A stretch of 63,972 bases of DNA from Candidatus Saccharimonadia bacterium. GTDB taxonomy: Bacteria; Patescibacteriota; Saccharimonadia; UBA4664. The stretch is from assembly GCA_041743505.1 (NCBI GenBank), contig JBGTMQ010000012.1, forward strand, positions 1 to 63,972. The letters are read 5' to 3'. This document shows positions 62,537-63,972 of this stretch, piece after piece; the stretch's first letter is position 1, and each line of letters opens with the position of its first letter. The position numbers and the translations under genes are program-made. The notes beneath the pieces are model-generated. The model was given only the letters and a program-made list of their open reading frames with translations, ran no database searches and was not told the DNA's origin.

Positions 62537-63972
62537 CTAGCGCAGATTTATATTAACGTACAGTGAGCGGCCGCAGTTAACCGGAGATCCGGCCACACCG
62601 GCGGTACAGGCGGTAGCTGGGAAAACGACCCTGGAATAGCCAAGATACGTGTAAGGCGCTGGAACTTTACAAGTTGGCCCTATTCCACAACCATTTTGTG
62701 CTGCAGGCACGGCTACAGTAACCGCATATCCAGCCGTACCACCGCTAGCAATCAGGTTGGCGGCCGTGCCGGCTGTGGCTTTGACTGAGCCTGAGCCGCC
62801 GCTAGCAATGATGCCTGACGGAGCGTTGCTGACACTGGCAGCGCCACTTGAAGCGACTACCACGCCGCGTAATGACTGATTGGCGGCGCTTGAAGCGGCA
62901 ACACCGTTGCCGCTAGCGATAACTGTTTGACCGATACTGAGTGCTGCAGCGCTAGTGGTGTACTCCTTTTGGCTAGTTGTAAACGTACGGGTATCGTAGA
63001 CGGCGGTGATCACATTGGTAGTTGCAGTGCCTCTAACATCCGCAATACACAGAACGGGGTTACTGGCGCTCCAAGTTGGGAAACCAGCCGTTTCGGTGCT
63101 GGCGGCCTGGAGGGCGATGGCACCACTGGAATTAAAGCAGACATGCTGCCAGATATTGCCTCCGCTCATTCCGCTGAGCGTTAAGGTGGTGGCCGAAGCA
63201 ACGATAACTTTGCGGCCGCTGCTATAGGCAACGCAAGGTTGCACGACCACCTGTGTCGTAGAGCTTGTGGAGGCTGACACCTTGCAGGGCCCGGTCACCG
63301 CGGCAGTCTGGACCGAGGGTAAGTCTCCGGGGTTTGACCCTGAGTCTGGTACCACTCCATACAGTAGAAAACCAAGCCCGGCGGTGGTAGCGACATCCTC
63401 CCAGGCGCCGTTAATACACCCGCGAATTCCTTCGCTTGAGGCGTTGTAGTACAAGGCGCCCTGGTTAGTATCACCACTACAGGTGGCTGTGTCGGCGAAG
63501 GTGCTGAAAGAATCGAGGTTGAGTAGAATTTGATTGGCGTCACCGGTGCTGCCAGAGCCGACCGATACAATATTTGCGGAGGTATCAACGGTAAATTCGG
63601 CGAGCGAGCTAGCATTCTGCACCTGGAATGCCGTGGTGGTGTTCACCGGCGTGGTCACCTGCAGGTTGGCCGTGGGAGCACTGGTGCCCACGCCAACCTT
63701 GCCACCACTGGTAACCTGCAGGCCCAGGTGGTGGACCCGGAAAGACTGGGCTGGGCTAACGGTTTGGCTGTTAGAGACCGTCGCGGTAGTACTAGAAGCC
63801 CCACCACCGTAGGCGGTAATAACTCCTTTAGCGCCGCCATTACCCCAGACCAGCTCGCTACCCACCATGGCGGCGGTAAAGACACTGGCGCTAGCCGTGA
63901 CGGTGGTGCCCGACTGGGTGGCGGTCGTACCGGTACCGGAGTTGTACTGGTAAGGCGACACACTCAAGGTGT
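62537..63972 (-). CDS. Gly/Thr/Ser/Ala-rich fibre-like surface protein (5' end probably outside the window)
   Basis: At least 476 aa. The frame is open to the window edge. Contains GKVGVGTSAPTANLQVT, like the G.VGIGT..P...L.V motif of tail-fibre/fibrous adhesin proteins. Several Cys near the C-terminus. Confidence 0.6.
   Translation of the reverse strand, partial: TLSVSPYQYNSGTGTTATQSGTTVTASASVFTAAMVGSELVWGNGGAKGVITAYGGGASSTTATVSNSQTVSPAQSFRVHHLGLQVTSGGKVGVGTSAPTANLQVTTPVNTTTAFQVQNASSLAEFTVDTSANIVSVGSGSTGDANQILLNLDSFSTFADTATCSGDTNQGALYYNASSEGIRGCINGAWEDVATTAGLGFLLYGVVPDSGSNPGDLPSVQTAAVTGPCKVSASTSSTTQVVVQPCVAYSSGRKVIVASATTLTLSGMSGGNIWQHVCFNSSGAIALQAASTETAGFPTWSASNPVLCIADVRGTATTNVITAVYDTRTFTTSQKEYTTSAAALSIGQTVIASGNGVAASSAANQSLRGVVVASSGAASVSNAPSGIIASGGSGSVKATAGTAANLIASGGTAGYAVTVAVPAAQNGCGIGPTCKVPAPYTYLGYSRVVFPATACTAGVAGSPVNCGRSLYVNINLR

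Overview
This 64-kb window is a mosaic of core and accessory genes from a compact bacterial genome. It is gene-dense, mostly minus-strand, and has many short membrane-anchored hypothetical proteins, which fits a CPR/Saccharibacteria-like or similar small-genome organism; that taxon call is inference only. Recognisable core genes are an Fpg/Nei glycosylase, ligA, htpX, lemA, a speE-speD polyamine operon, a K+ channel, rdgB, an RluA-family pseudouridine synthase, and four tRNAs (Leu-UAA, Cys-GCA, Gly-GCC, Phe-GAA). The most interesting stretch is a defence-island-like block at about 9.6-22.8 kb. It holds a GIY-YIG nuclease-like gene, a 698-aa protein ending in a TerD-like domain coupled to a DUF3592-like membrane protein, and a type I R-M system split in two (hsdR versus hsdS-hsdM). 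The split is caused by a 2.4-kb opposite-strand cassette encoding a ThsB/DUF1863-like TIR protein, a small 3-TM protein and two unknown proteins. An orphan MazF/PemK-like toxin gene lies next to hsdM. Other notable regions:
- A five-gene array of two tandemly duplicated unknown families (4.3-9.1 kb) carrying footprints of the 3' end of the neighbouring VOC gene.
- A YgiB/YgiC-type (DUF1190 plus glutathionylspermidine-synthase-like ligase plus membrane protein) module convergent with a speE-speD-speD-paralogue operon.
- An M20-M20-GGCT-like triple fusion.
- A 1252-aa internally duplicated peptidase/ricin-lectin surface protein.
- A lower-GC block (about 53-60 kb) ending at a tRNA-Gly whose 3' end is repeated three times with mosaic flanks.
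No rRNA, CRISPR array or complete integrase/transposase was seen. All calls come from reading the sequence and ORF translations; no database search or numerical computation was run.
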